From positions 3,524,201-3,588,200 of the forward strand of contig NC_092670.1 in the NCBI RefSeq assembly GCF_964355755.1: DNA of 64,000 nucleotides. Reading direction: 5' to 3'. This document shows, piece by piece, positions 48,789 to 64,000 of the stretch. The notes beneath the pieces were generated by a model, which worked only from the letters and a program-made list of their open reading frames with translations, was not told the DNA's origin and searched no databases. The translations under genes and the position numbers were made by a program. Each line of letters starts with the position of its first letter. Positions within the stretch are counted from its first letter, which is position 1. Origin of the DNA: Antedon mediterranea (taxonomy: Eukaryota > Animalia > Echinodermata).

Positions 48789-50188
48789 CTAGATGGTACG
48801 CTCGCTTCGCTCGCGTACCATCTAGGTGGTGCCCACAGATGGTTCTCGAATACATAATAATTTCAGTGTTAAAAAACTGGCGATTTCAAATGTACGTACA
48901 ATAATACATGTCGTTTACAGGAACGAATAAATAGACACTGATTTATGTACTCAACTAAAATTAGCACCCTGAGAATTACTTCCGAAAGAGAAACTTGTCA
49001 CAAAATGAGACCAATTGTTTAAGTCAAATTTAAACAAACTTAATTTGTGTTTTGTATGTAACATTAGGGGTGAGGGATGGGGAAGAGGATGGGTGCAAAG
49101 AGGAACAATTTTTAAATATATTAAATATATTTTTTATCCATTTAGTAACGAAATATTAATTGTTTTCATGTTTTACAAATAATATATCACTAAACACAGT
49201 AAAACATTGCTGTAATGTAATACTTTGTTGAAACTATCACCGTCCTAGTCGATTGAAATAGTACAGTACATGTAACGATACATCACTACGACGTGTATGT
49301 TTATATAATGTAGGGCCTAAAACAATTTGTGAAAACCACCTCTATTCGAGGAAAATCATAAAATCGATTTAATCGTCAATAAAAATTAAACTCAACTCAA
49401 CTTTATTAGTAGGCCTAATGGTTTTCAATTGTTTCTTAGAGCCAATTCATACTTAAGTTGGTTCCTACCCTACCCACCAAAGTTGTTCTGCGTTTAGGGG
49501 ATGTGATGCACCGTAGGCCTATCCTCTACTGGCTTTACAACGCTACTCATGCCAGTGAGGGAAGGGTGATGATGTGGGTGGTTTAAATGCAATAATAAAG
49601 ATTTGTACATAATATACGGCGACTGAAAACGCTAGCTCATTATCCGTTAAAAAAAAAATTATATCCAACCTCTGCAGCACAGATTGAAAAAAAATGGATC
49701 GAATTTCTGTTATGAGTATACAGATTGGAATGTTCCATTCATCGCAAATCAATACATTTGTATAAACGTATATTAAATCTATCAAAATAGTATTTTTTAA
49801 AGAAAAGCGGCCTGTCTTCAACATTATGATGCTGTACTCGAGCTGTTCAACCGGTTTTCAGCCATTAAAAACAATTATCGTAGGAGGAGATAGGAAAATG
49901 CGAAGCATCCTCGTATTATTGTCTGTGGGTATTTTTCAAGACGGACATCCATTAGACAGTGTATACCACGATCGAAAAACACCCCTATTTGGGGCAAATC
50001 GTTGAACCTAAATTCGTTTTAATTGTCAATAACTAATTATCTAACTCAATTTAATTAGTAAACAGGGTTACATCTGGTGGTTTAAATCAGTACCGAGATT
50101 CTAACCAACTGTATATACCATCGAGTAAACATTCTAGAAATAACGCGCGATTTACCGAATTTTGCCCTTACGTAAATTTATATATAGA
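48789..50188 (-). mobile_element. Non-autonomous Helitron
   Basis: Minus strand: A|TCTATATATAAATT... ending in hairpin ctagatggtacgcgagcgaagcgagcgtaccatCTAG|T; canonical 5'-TC, 3'-CTAG, AT target, no TSD. Confidence 0.72.
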
Positions 50189-50254
50189 TTATGCACTATT
50201 TTGAATGAAGTGAAATTCTAATGATGCTGTAAAAATCTGAAAGACCAATAAAAC

Positions 50255-50590
50255 AATTTGGTATTTATTATTTATTGATTTAATCAATATCCCATTTAAA
50301 ACTGACGATAAAAATAATAGGCATAACATTAAACGTACCATAAAATCATAACCACAACAAGTGTTTTTTATTATAATTAAAATAATTAACACTATATTAA
50401 TTTTACTATTTGTAATATGCACTCAAAGTGAAATTATATAGATAAGAGATAATATCTGATGATACTTTAAAAATCTCAAAGACAATTAATTAAAACCGCA
50501 AACAATTATTTTCTAATGTATTATTTATTGGTTTAATCAATATCCCATTTAAAACTGACGATAAAAATAATAGGCATAACATTAAACTTA
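50255..50590. repeat. Local direct duplication (~70 bp core) downstream of the NLR
   Basis: tttaatcaatatcccatttaaaactgacgataaaaataataggcataacattaaac at ~50279 and ~50533. Confidence 0.8.
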
Positions 50591-50934
50591 TCATAACAAA
50601 TCTGAAGACTAATGTAAAATTATTGTAAATGAAAATTAGGCCGACATTATATGTGCATTCATAATTGTACATGACTTAATATATGAAATATATTTAAAAA
50701 AAATATTATTGTATACTTTTTTGTAGCTCAATCATTTTGAATTTATTTCTCATTAAATGTATTTCTTTCTATTCTATTCTCACAATCATTTTTTGTATTA
50801 TGTTATTGTTATTAATGTTCTGTATGATTAAGCCTGAACAGTTTCGAAATAACATAATATAGATAGACTAAAGCAATTATAGTGAATTGTATACTTTCTT
50901 AAGTACAATTAATATTACAAAAATCCTTTAGGGC

Positions 50935-51375
50935 CTACTGTAGAATCAACCCAACTAATCTATTATAATACTTTATTTTCATGTCATTAATCAACTCACC
51001 TGACAGATTGCAATTAAGCATCTCAAGTTTCACCAGTTTTGGAGTCATAATTATTAAAGAATCCAGTAACGTACCATCAATATTACTGATATCACTACCA
51101 CTGATATTAATTTCTTCTAATGGTAATTTCACTCCTTTATCAGAACATTCTTTGATCATTTCATTCATTATGTCACCTGATAAATTACAATTATGCATAT
51201 CGAGTTTCCATAGCTCTGGACACATATTTAATACAGACCCAAGTAAAGTACCATCAATGCTACTGAGATTATTGTCACTTACATTAAGGCATTTTAATGT
51301 TAATTGAACTCTATTAGTTAAACACTCTCTGATCATGTCATTCATTATATCACCTGATTGATTAGAATGACACAC
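50935..51375 (-). pseudogene. Out-of-frame terminal LRR units of the NLR
   Basis: Same LRR consensus (LDMHNCNLSGDIMNEMIKEC, ISGSDISNIDGTLL) continues in another frame right after the TGA at 51377; the SPKL-like segment is missing at the junction. Confidence 0.75.
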
Positions 51376-51376
51376 A

Positions 51377-54300
51377 TCAAGGTTTAATAATCAATAAAGA
51401 ACCCAGTAAAGTACCATCAAATTTGTTTAACTTATTATCGTTGATATGGAACGTTTTTATTGATAATTCAACTTTTCGATTACAGCACTCTCTAACCATA
51501 CCATTCATAGCGACACCTGGTAGATTGCAATTCTGCATATATAAGTCAGACAGCTTAGGAGACAAGATCAATAATGAACCCAGTAAAGTACCATCAATTT
51601 CATTGAGTTGATTACCACTTATATCAAGATGCTTTAATGATAATTTAAATCTTCTAGTAAAACATTCTTTGATCGTATTATTCATTACAGTTCCTAAAAG
51701 ATTGCAATTACTCATCTTAACTATTTCAAGCTTAGGAGGCAAAATCAATAAACTACCCAGTAAAGTACCGTCAACTTGGCTGAGATCATTACCACTAATA
51801 TCAAGACAGTTTAGTGATAATTTTACTTCTATATTAGAGCACGATCTGATTATGCTATTTGTTGCGATACCTGAAAGGTTGCAATTATGCATGTCTAGAC
51901 TGCGTAGTTTAGGGGACATAACCAATAAAGAAGCTAGTAAAATACCATCGATGTTACTCAAATTATTATCACTAATTTTGAGCGTTTCAAATGCTAGTTT
52001 TACTCCCTTATTAAAGCACTCTGTGATCATATCATTTATTACGTCACCGGATAGACTGCAGTTACACATGTCAAGTAACCACAACTCAGGTGACACCATC
52101 AATAAAGTACCCAATAGCATACCATCACTGTTGTTTAGATCATTGCCATGGACATTGAGTTGTTTTAGTTGTAATGATATTCCTCTATCGGAACACTCTC
52201 TGATCATTTCATTCATTACATCACCTGTTACATTAAGTGTCACTAAGGGACATTTTGTATCAATGCCTAGAATGTGCGAAAGGACCCTTCCATTGCGAAA
52301 AACGGATATTTTACTACAAAACGTGTTTAGATTATTGTGAGAATACACTGTAGAATAAAGTGTTTTAATAAGATGTATAAAATGTGTATCTCCGTCCAAA
52401 TGTACATCCGTAATATGATGTATAAACATTCTTAATGAATTAGATATATCATCAATGTGATGCTTTATTTCTAAGTCCGCCTGAGTCATGTAGCTAACTA
52501 GGGCATCTGTCACTGCAACTTCATGTTGCTTTTTAACAAACCTCAAATTACTTGTTAGAGAGCGATATGTGGATAAATTATTAGTAATCCAATTGTTTAG
52601 GAATTTATCGGCATTGACACCAAGAAAACAAATTGCAATCTCTCTTGCCATCTTTAAATGATCACTTTCCCTTATTACCTGCCATTCATTACTATCTAAT
52701 GGTGTAAGTAATCGTCTTACATCTTCTGCGCATTCATCCCCTATACCCTCACATAATTTGCACAAGTAAAATCCAACCAAAGACTCTACTATTAATTTAT
52801 GAGGAGGCATGTAAATTTCGTCAAAGCTTGATTTTAAACTGGATGCTTCTTCATAAACAAATCCAAGTTTTAAGGCCAGGTCAACCATTTCTGTTTTACC
52901 CTTTAAATTCTTTTTGTTTATTGAAAGCTGATTTAATTTCAAGCTTTTGTACATACATTCTCCTAACAAAATCATAGCATTGACATACTCGGTTGGAGCG
53001 TTTTCAAATTTAGATATCTTTCGATATTTTTCTTGTTGTTTGTTGTACTGATTAAAAAAACAGCGAAAGATTTCATAAAAAAGGTCAGCTTTATCTTGAG
53101 GAAGATTTTGCTTTTCTTCCCACATAATACAAACAGAGAGGAGTAACATTGGGTTTTTGCACAATGAGAGTATCTCTGGATGTTCACGATAGAAATAAAA
53201 CTTGTCAACTTGCAATTCATTTCTGAGGGATATTCCCAATTCAGGTTTTCTAAAATGCTTAAAGTGTTTGTCAATGTACTTCCCTATTCTCTCCTCATTA
53301 AATCCATTAACTCGCACATGTACATTACACTCTGTAATGAATTCATCTATGTTTTCTGATCTAGATGTAAGTATGACAGTACTTCTTTCAAATTCGTTGT
53401 TTTTAAACAGATTAATTATGCTTCTATTATTCAATATCAATTCATCTAACCCATCAATCAACAATACTATTTTATCGTCATGATTTATTATGAATGTTTT
53501 GATTAATTTTATATCTTCTGGAAGGTTAGTTCGTAAACCAAAATCTTTTATATCCAATTGCTTTTCAATAAGATCTAAGATACCATCACCTTTATTTAAA
53601 TCTCTTACATTCAAAAGAAATACTATTTTACCTTCAAAGACTCTAATTGATTGGCAAGTACTCCAGTTAAATGCTAAGTGCCTTAAAATGGTCGTTTTAC
53701 CAATACCCCCTTCGCCATCCATAAGTACCTTACATGCAGGTATGGATTCGATAAGATCTAACACATCTTCACATGTTATCGGGTCTTCGGTCCTTTTCTC
53801 ATTTTCCTTGAGTAGTTGAAGATCAGTGAAAAGGTCAGAGATATCAACTTTGTATTTCGTGTTCATTGTTGCTGGTGTAAATCTGCTTGCACTGCGGCAC
53901 AATTTCTGTTGTCTTCTAAGTAAATAACTTTCTATCTTTTCTACAAGAATTGAAGGCAATTAATAGAACCCATCATTGATAATTTATTAAGTGTAATCGA
54001 TTGTTTGCTCAAAATTCTTTTTCTCTCGCAAAATAATATATCGATGAGGAATTGAGAGATATCAAAACAATAATATTTTAAACAGAACTGGTATTCTAAT
54101 TGTATTATACTTTTAACAATATTGCGATAGTGTACAGTACTAAAATTAAACATGCATTAAGTGCATGCAGTATATGACAACCCTTTGTAAATTGTCCACA
54201 AACATACCTTGGCTGTGATGTTGTAAGCCTTTTGCTGGTGATAACAAAATATCTGGGGAAAAAATAGAAATAACAAATTAGATATATACTTCAAACCTGT

Positions 54301-55640
54301 GTAATAATTATCTTTTGCTGCAGTGTGAGTGTTCGGTATATATTTCAATCTGGAATCTTGATTTTGCTTCGTCGTATGCATATTTACCAATGGCTTACAG
54401 TTTTTTTTATTTGAATTTTTCAATTGATTTTTACTTCCTGAACTTTTTTGACTTTTATATTTATTCCAATTTATTATACATTATGATTTATTGTAGTTGT
54501 TATTATTTCTTCGTCAGACAAAAAGTAAATTGTGTAAGAAATAATGTGTTTATTTGAAAGGCAAATATTTATTTTTATTTGATGATATGTCTAGAAGCCT
54601 ACTACTGCCTAATGTTGAAAATATCATTGATTATTATTTTTTTTATTTGTGCACAATCCATTGACAAGACAAAACAAAGTTTGAATATCTTTTCATCAAA
54701 AAAATAATTCATTCAAAAATAAATATATATACCTTGCTCAAGAAGATTGCCAAGAAGCTTATGACATAAGTCATCTTCCCAACCATTGAACACTGGTAAT
54801 GTTCCCAAAAAAGGAGGTATCACAGCATCTTCTGTAACCTTTACAGGAATCAGTTTACCCTGGTCTAGGGTGTTGTCATCCAACATTCTCTGTATAGCCG
54901 TGGCCGATACATACTTGAGCTTGTCGGCTACTGTATCAGATGTAAAACCTACTACAACTTTCTTGCATCGCTGCACTGGTTCAATCAAATTTGTTATTGT
55001 GAATTTACCAAGTTGCCAGTCCTTTCTACTTATACATTTAACTTCTGGATTCACCGTTTTTAAACCTTGCAACACTTTGTTTTCCCACTTTACATCATCA
55101 CTTATGATGTAGAAATCATTTTCTGTAAATAAACAAACATTGATTAAGGGTCATGGCCATTCCTAGTACTCCATCTCCTGGATTTTTTTTGTTGGATTTT
55201 TTTAAACAGGATATTGTGATATAATGATTGTGGTTGGAAGAACCTAGCAAATCTGAGATTATAAACAGTTTGCTCTAAGTGTGAAACAGTTTTACGTATA
55301 CAATAACCACTTTAGTGAAATTAAAGTAAAATTAGTAAAAAGACAAATATTTTGGCACATATGGCGTATCATACGTATAATACCTGAGCTCACAATTTCA
55401 ACACAAATCAAAACGCCGACTGGTGGACCAACATAAAAAATACAATAACTACAGACTTGAGGCAAGTTTAATAGCCACCTACATAGCGATTACTGACCTT
55501 GACAGATGCACATGAATCGTTGGCACTTTATGTCACCATTTAGTCCTACCCTATACCGTATTACTGCGAGATAACATTTTCATCAAAAACGAATTCAGTA
55601 AGAATAAAAAATATGTAGTTTTACCTAATTTACTAGCCAT
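51377..55640 (-). CDS. NLR immune receptor with TIR-NACHT-LRR architecture
   Basis: Exons 55640-55625 (MASKL), 55122-54733 (TIR-like: NDFYIIS..DVKW..KCISRKDWQLG..CKKVVVGFT..KLIPV..IPPFL), 54252-54208, 53940-51377 (Walker A GEGGIGKT, Walker B VLLIDGLDE, LTSR, NPMLL, then 58-aa LRR units); all introns phase 1 with GT/AG. Confidence 0.88.
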
Positions 55641-56245
55641 ATTTTAGTTATTTTCGGTTACTCTTCTAGCGTCCCATACCTGAAACCAAATAATACGGTA
55701 TTGAAATTTAAACACCATAATAACCATGAAAATAAACCAAAAAAAATAACATTATATCATAGAGAAGTCTATGGTTATACATAACATCATTGATTTTTAA
55801 TTGTGCAATAGGATAAACAAAATAATATTCATATATCACAATTGAAAGCACATGATGTTATGTTTAAACAATTGGATATTTAAATTGTTGTTAAAACCTA
55901 TACAATTGAATGCTGTAAACCAGGTGATTGATATTGCAGCAAGATTTGTTGAAGCATGAGTTTAAAGTGTTATGCCAGTGAAGCATGATGAAAGAGGTGT
56001 GAGAAGTTTTTGGTATTGGAGAAGATCTCAAACATGGCGCCGCGCGTGTAAAGAGAAGACCAATACTGACTGACGACTCTGCAATAACCACATTCCCGAG
56101 GGAAAGATCTATTGTACAAGATACAGATTAAAATGTCTCCTTGCCTCTCAACCTGTAAGCTGCATTCTCTACATAAATTCTAAGCTAAACTATAGGCCAA
56201 AGTAAATACATAATAATATTACGTTAAAATTCCGGCGCTACTGCA

Positions 56246-57420
56246 GTTTAGCACCACACTATTATATCTTCGATTTCTCACCTAAATTGTTTCTCACACC
56301 CACATCAATCAATTGATTATGTAACATGTTCACATGATTTAGCAACCGTTAAATTACCTTTATCACAACAAAAAATGCCTTTCAAAACAGTTCCTTTTCC
56401 CTCGAATACTTCGATTGAACTAGGGCCATTTTAGAATCAGAAAATTGCCAGAAATCAATGTATGTTTTATTGTTTATTATCTGTTTTTATTTTTAAATTA
56501 TAGAGGTAAGAGTGGTTTTATAAAAAACCAGCTGTACATATCAAAATGGCGAAGATATGTCTGTACATATAACATTTTTAAATTTTAAAAACAATGCAAT
56601 GCCTCTTAACTTTACTAAAGGTAAGAATGCTGTTCATGCATAGTTTTAAAAATCATAAACCCTATTTCATTTCATTTCATTTCATAGTAACATTTATTTC
56701 CTTCATAATATACAAAATAAATAATATAATACAGAATTCATGACGAGAAGAAAGATAGTTAAAACAATACAATTTTTTTTTTTTTCTCATCTTTAAAATG
56801 AATAAAACAATATTATGAAGGAGGCACAATTTCTAAAAAGCAAAAGCTTGTGTTGAAAGTGCCTGAACAAAACAAAAAGTAACTAAAATCAAATTTCAAT
56901 TTCAATATGTAAAACATATCTAAAATTGTCTATCATCATAGCAAATATTGCTGTCACACTGTATTAAAAAATTGAAATTGATTTGTTTTAGTGAATGAAT
57001 GTATTGAATAGTGACCGAGATAATTTTCTTTGATACAGTAGGCCCTATTAATATGGCGCGAGTTTTTAATAATAATAATAATGAAATATAAATGTAACCT
57101 CTATTACGCCAGCTGAAAAAAAGTTGTTGCCTTTCAAAACTAACAATACAATTTTTTTTCTAAATACTGTATATGTGTAATCGGATTTAATAACACTACC
57201 CTCTATAGTTTCTACATTTTTGGGGGAAAATGAAGCATACATTCTGGTAATTGTTGGCAGTTGACATCGTTTAAAATGTTTTTAAACGTATTGTTATTTA
57301 AAAATAAATTACTTCGTAAGTGATCGAATCGTATAGACATGTTACATAATATCATGTTGTGAGTGTGAAAAAGGAAGATTTAGGTGAGAAATCGAAGATA
57401 TAACTAAGCGGGGCTAAATC
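56246..57420. mobile_element. Degenerate inverted-repeat element containing a LINE 3'-tail remnant
   Basis: tatatcttcgatttctcacctaaat (~56263) versus atttaggtgagaaatcgaagatata (~57378); attatgtaacatgt versus acatgttacataat; (tttca)n tail-like segment at ~56664. Confidence 0.55.
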
Positions 57421-57737
57421 TAATTCTTAAAGAAATTGTACCGTTTGACCTAGGCCTAGGCCTATGAACTAATAGTTCAATGCCGTCGAGTCGAGTAAAA
57501 GTAATAATTGAGTTTAGTCGAATTGATCACAATGCGCCTATTATACCTACCTCTGATACGAAATTCACCATGTATATAGTCAACATAGGAAGGCTGCAGG
57601 TACAACTAGTTGTGCACAATTCAATCTTATCCAGAAATGGCAGGAATAAATAGGCGTATGGTGGTAACTTTAGTGCAAAAGCCGTGTGGTGCTGCACTAC
57701 TTACGCCGTCTGTTACAATGAAACAAACTACTGTCTG

Positions 57738-57770
57738 CAAAGATTGTATAGCGGCGCTATACAATCTTTG
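57738..57770. mobile_element. 33-bp hairpin insertion with 7-bp TSD
   Basis: ctgtctg|caaagattgtatagcggcgctatacaatctttg|ctgtctg. Confidence 0.72.
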
Positions 57771-57851
57771 CTGTCTGCTGTTTTAGTTCCTGTTACGTTT
57801 CAATAGGGAGGCTCGATCGATTATGCAAATGACATGAAGGTCTCACCACCA

Positions 57852-58404
57852 TCCGTTCGATACAAATCAATGTATATCTCGTGGATGTGTAATTCATATC
57901 ATGCTCAGTGAAATCAGGGAAGAGTTAAATTACAATTATAATTGTAATTACAATTAAGATTACAATTACAATTTTGTTTGTCTGAAATTTAAATTTGTTT
58001 AGTTTCACTTTCAAAAGAATTACCAAAATAGACAATGACGGCATCAATACTTGATCTGAGTAATTGATTCTCGAAATAGACTCCAGTACGCCTGCACCAA
58101 TAATAAACATTGCATACTCCGGACGTAATTGTACTTGAAGTAAGCCTACATTTGAGAATATTCGGGTGGGATTCGAATCCACCTTAAGATCACAAGCCTA
58201 TCATTAATCATAACAATTGATATTGCACTCAAAACTGTACGGTAAATTATAAACTAAACAAATTTAAATTTCAGACAAACAAAATTGTAATTGTAATTTT
58301 AATTGTAATTACAATTATAATTGTAATTTAACTCTTCCCTGATTTCACTGAGCATGATATGAATTACACATCCACGAGATATACATTGATTTGTATCGAA
58401 CGGA
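57852..58404. repeat. Long near-perfect inverted repeat (~150-bp arms)
   Basis: tccgttcgatacaaatcaatg...tttgtttagttt (57852-~58005) mirrored at ~58251-58404; spacer has B-box-like ggtgggattcgaatccacc. Confidence 0.9.
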
Positions 58405-58585
58405 ATTTTGGAGAAAAAAAAATCCTCTGAATTACTTTTATGCAATACATTTTTATTTCGATTAGGTAAAGAAAGAAATACTTGTCACCTAATCTACTTG
58501 AGAACAATGTAAGTCTAATTCAGAATTAATCTAAAAATTTGAAAACGCTATCAGGAAAACGAAATAACATACATACTCATTTTAA

Positions 58586-59069
58586 AGGGTAGTTCCGATT
58601 ACAAAGTTCCTATTTTTAAAAAACTGGCAACAAGTAAACTTTGATCATAACTACAGAAAGAGCATCGTGAAATAAGTTCGGTTTTAAGAAAAAAAATGTG
58701 TGGTTACAGGCGTTTTTGTTAATGCTATAGGTAAGGGAAGAAATTTACAAAATTTTACTGTAATATATGCAAATTTGAGGACATTTTCTTCCTTTTTTGA
58801 GGACAAAGTATATAAATCAAAGGAACAATCACTTTTACACAATGCTATCTTTATTTTAAATTGTTATCTGGTTAGGGTAATTGAAAATCAGTAAAAATAC
58901 ATTTTGTAACATTATGAAAAAGTCCCAAACTTTTTATGATAGGCCTATACGATAGTCTTTCTGCATTAACGAAAAATACGGTAATTGACGAAAAATAAGT
59001 GGATTATTATCAATGTTGTTGCAAATATTTACAATAAACAATAGAAACTTTTTAAACCGGAACTACCCT
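58586..59069. mobile_element. Kolobok-like non-autonomous element
   Basis: ttaa|agggtagttccg ... cggaactaccct|ttac. Confidence 0.55.
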
Positions 59070-59227
59070 TTACATCGGAAAAACTAAAGCCTTGGCTATA
59101 ATGTAATTATAACAAAGAATAGTTCACAAACTGATTTAAAAATAGCAGCTCGCTTTTCATTGCGTAAAATAGAAGAAACAATTGAAAGGAGTTATTGTAA
59201 TAAATACAACACTATCTTTTGCTTTAA

Positions 59228-62199
<2,972 letters not shown>

Positions 62200-63432
62200 C
62201 TAATTATAAAAAAATAATAATAATCATTACAACAATAATATATTTTTTAAATTTTGAAAACAACAAAAACTAAATAAATTTTACTTGAAATACACATTTG
62301 CGATTGAAACCCAAAATCTATAAGATTATAAAAATTGCTGTTAAATAATTATTGTTGGACATATAATTTAAGTTATAATATAAGCAATTTTAACCCCACG
62401 CCTACTTGACCAGAATACTGTATCTCCACATAACGACAAAATTTGCCCATCACGGAATATTTGGTAATACAGCATCCTATTTGTATCACATGTGGTGCCT
62501 TTATTATGCAATGTTAAGAGTTAGGTTGTATATGATACTAGGAGACATGTGAAGCAGAAAATCTACATAAAGTATTGAGAAGCTTGATTCCTACTGGCCG
62601 CCGCAACGTAATCACGAACTGTCGCTTGTGATTGCGTAGCATGCGTTGCGTCCAAGTGGAAACCAAGAAAACTCAAATCTCAGACGTAAATGATTTAAGC
62701 CTGTTTTCCTGTCGATCGTTAAGTTGCGTTGTGTTTAAAATCGTTAACGATTAACAGGAAAAAGGGGTAAAAATCAACGTTAAAAAACGTTACAATCTGC
62801 AATCGTTACTTACCATTGAAATGGTCATCTTCGATAGCACTGCTTTTGAAAATCAAGAGAAGAAATAACAATTTAGATTTTAGACCGCTCATCGTGTCAC
62901 TCGACGCTTGGAAAGCTACTATCAATACACAAGGCGTTCTACGCCCTATCATCTTCAGTCCTACTTTATATATCACTTACTTTTTTCAATTTATTTCCTT
63001 AACAGATTTTTCCTGAATTTGGATCCAATCAAAATTGATCATAATACTGCAGAATGAAGCAATAATCTTAAAAGGCGCGTCCTTCCTGGTAATTAAATAA
63101 TATTTTAAAAAACTAAAATTCTGTGGTAAAATGTGGAAATAGACAAACAAAATCAAAAGGAGTGCCACAATCTTAAATGATAATAAGACACTAGCTATAC
63201 AGTAGACGAGAAAAGACCCATAAGAACAATTTTAAATTGTCTCTGTAAGTTTATTGTAAAAAGAGCGTCTATCTCGCTTACGTGTTTAACTTTCTTCCAA
63301 ATTGTAATATGTTCTTGCTCAGACAATTATCTTTCAACATTGCCATCTTCATGTTTCATTTTGATGACGTCATTATGTCAATAATTAGACTATACGTGGG
63401 TGCCGTTATTCACATATTAATTTATGAATATC

Positions 63433-63589
63433 TAAAGCTCCGTCTATACTATCAAACTTTATGTGACAACAAATGTGACGAGCCCATATATGGATGTCAT
63501 ATCACTGCCATATTTAAGCATATCACTACCATATTTGGGACCATCACACTTTTTTTGTCAAACTAGGTTGATAGTGTAGACAGAGCTTA
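63433..63589. mobile_element. MITE family A
   Basis: taaagctccgtctatactatcaaac ... ttgatagtgtagacagagctta. Confidence 0.8.
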
Positions 63590-63965
63590 ACAAATATTAT
63601 ATCTGAAACTCATGTCTGTAGCTAAATAATGTAAATTGCCTAATGGGTATTTGTTGATATCCAGGAGGAATAAAAATAAATTTGTTAAAACATCAAAATA
63701 ACTTTACAAGGAGTGTCTTTCTTCCGGTTACTGTTATCAATAATTAACGTTTATTATTTCATCGAAACGTAGTATAATGTGGTTTATTGTGGAATTGATA
63801 GAATAGATTACATTTGATCAACATCTAAAGAAACAAAAGGTGTGCCACAATCAGAACAGAGTAAAAAATAAAACTAGTAATTAATACGGAAATTCATCTA
63901 CAAAAAAAGATGCATTATTAAAATCATAATTTAGATTTAAATCTTTCAAATTTTTTGTTTTAATA

Positions 63966-64000
63966 TTATGGGTTTTCGTCAATTTTTTCCATTATCCAAT
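63966..64000 (-). CDS. C-terminal end of a tandem paralogous serine protease
   Basis: Reads WIMEKIDENP*, versus [10 protein letters not shown] at 59228-59260; nucleotides nearly identical. Confidence 0.7.
   Translation of the reverse strand, partial: WIMEKIDENP

Noticed and set aside
50981-53819. Several plus-strand ORFs (up to 223 aa) overlapping the NLR
   Set aside because: Antisense shadows of the repetitive LRR/NACHT codon pattern; no independent motifs.
58165-58185. tRNA gene (ggtgggattcgaatccacc)
   Set aside because: Only a T-arm/B-box-like hairpin; no cloverleaf.

Overview
AT-rich, intron-containing animal (marine-invertebrate-like) genomic DNA; not prokaryotic and no CRISPR. In order: 3' exons of a USP31/USP43-type deubiquitinase (+); a ~7 kb interval packed with unrelated tandem repeats, including a 2.7 kb array of 34-bp palindrome-containing units; a complete 9-coding-exon NDE1/NDEL1 gene (-), head-to-head with NUDT1/MTH1 (+); an intronless two-TM APD1-like protein with three PPxY motifs and no RING (+); a nested transposon stack (GC-rich non-autonomous DNA elements > 5'-truncated L2/CR1-group LINE > foldback element with a 10-bp TSD splitting LINE ORF2); tektin-3 (-) with RFX X-box-like motifs and an upstream non-autonomous Helitron; a spliced TIR-NACHT-LRR immune receptor (-) whose TIR lacks the catalytic Glu and BB-loop Pro and whose LRR tail is frameshifted; and an LDLa-TSP1-trypsin serine protease (-) with the stop-codon end of a tandem paralog at the window edge. 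Many MITE-like insertions of several families occur throughout. Exon models were built by hand from GT/AG sites and reading-frame phase; no database searches were run.
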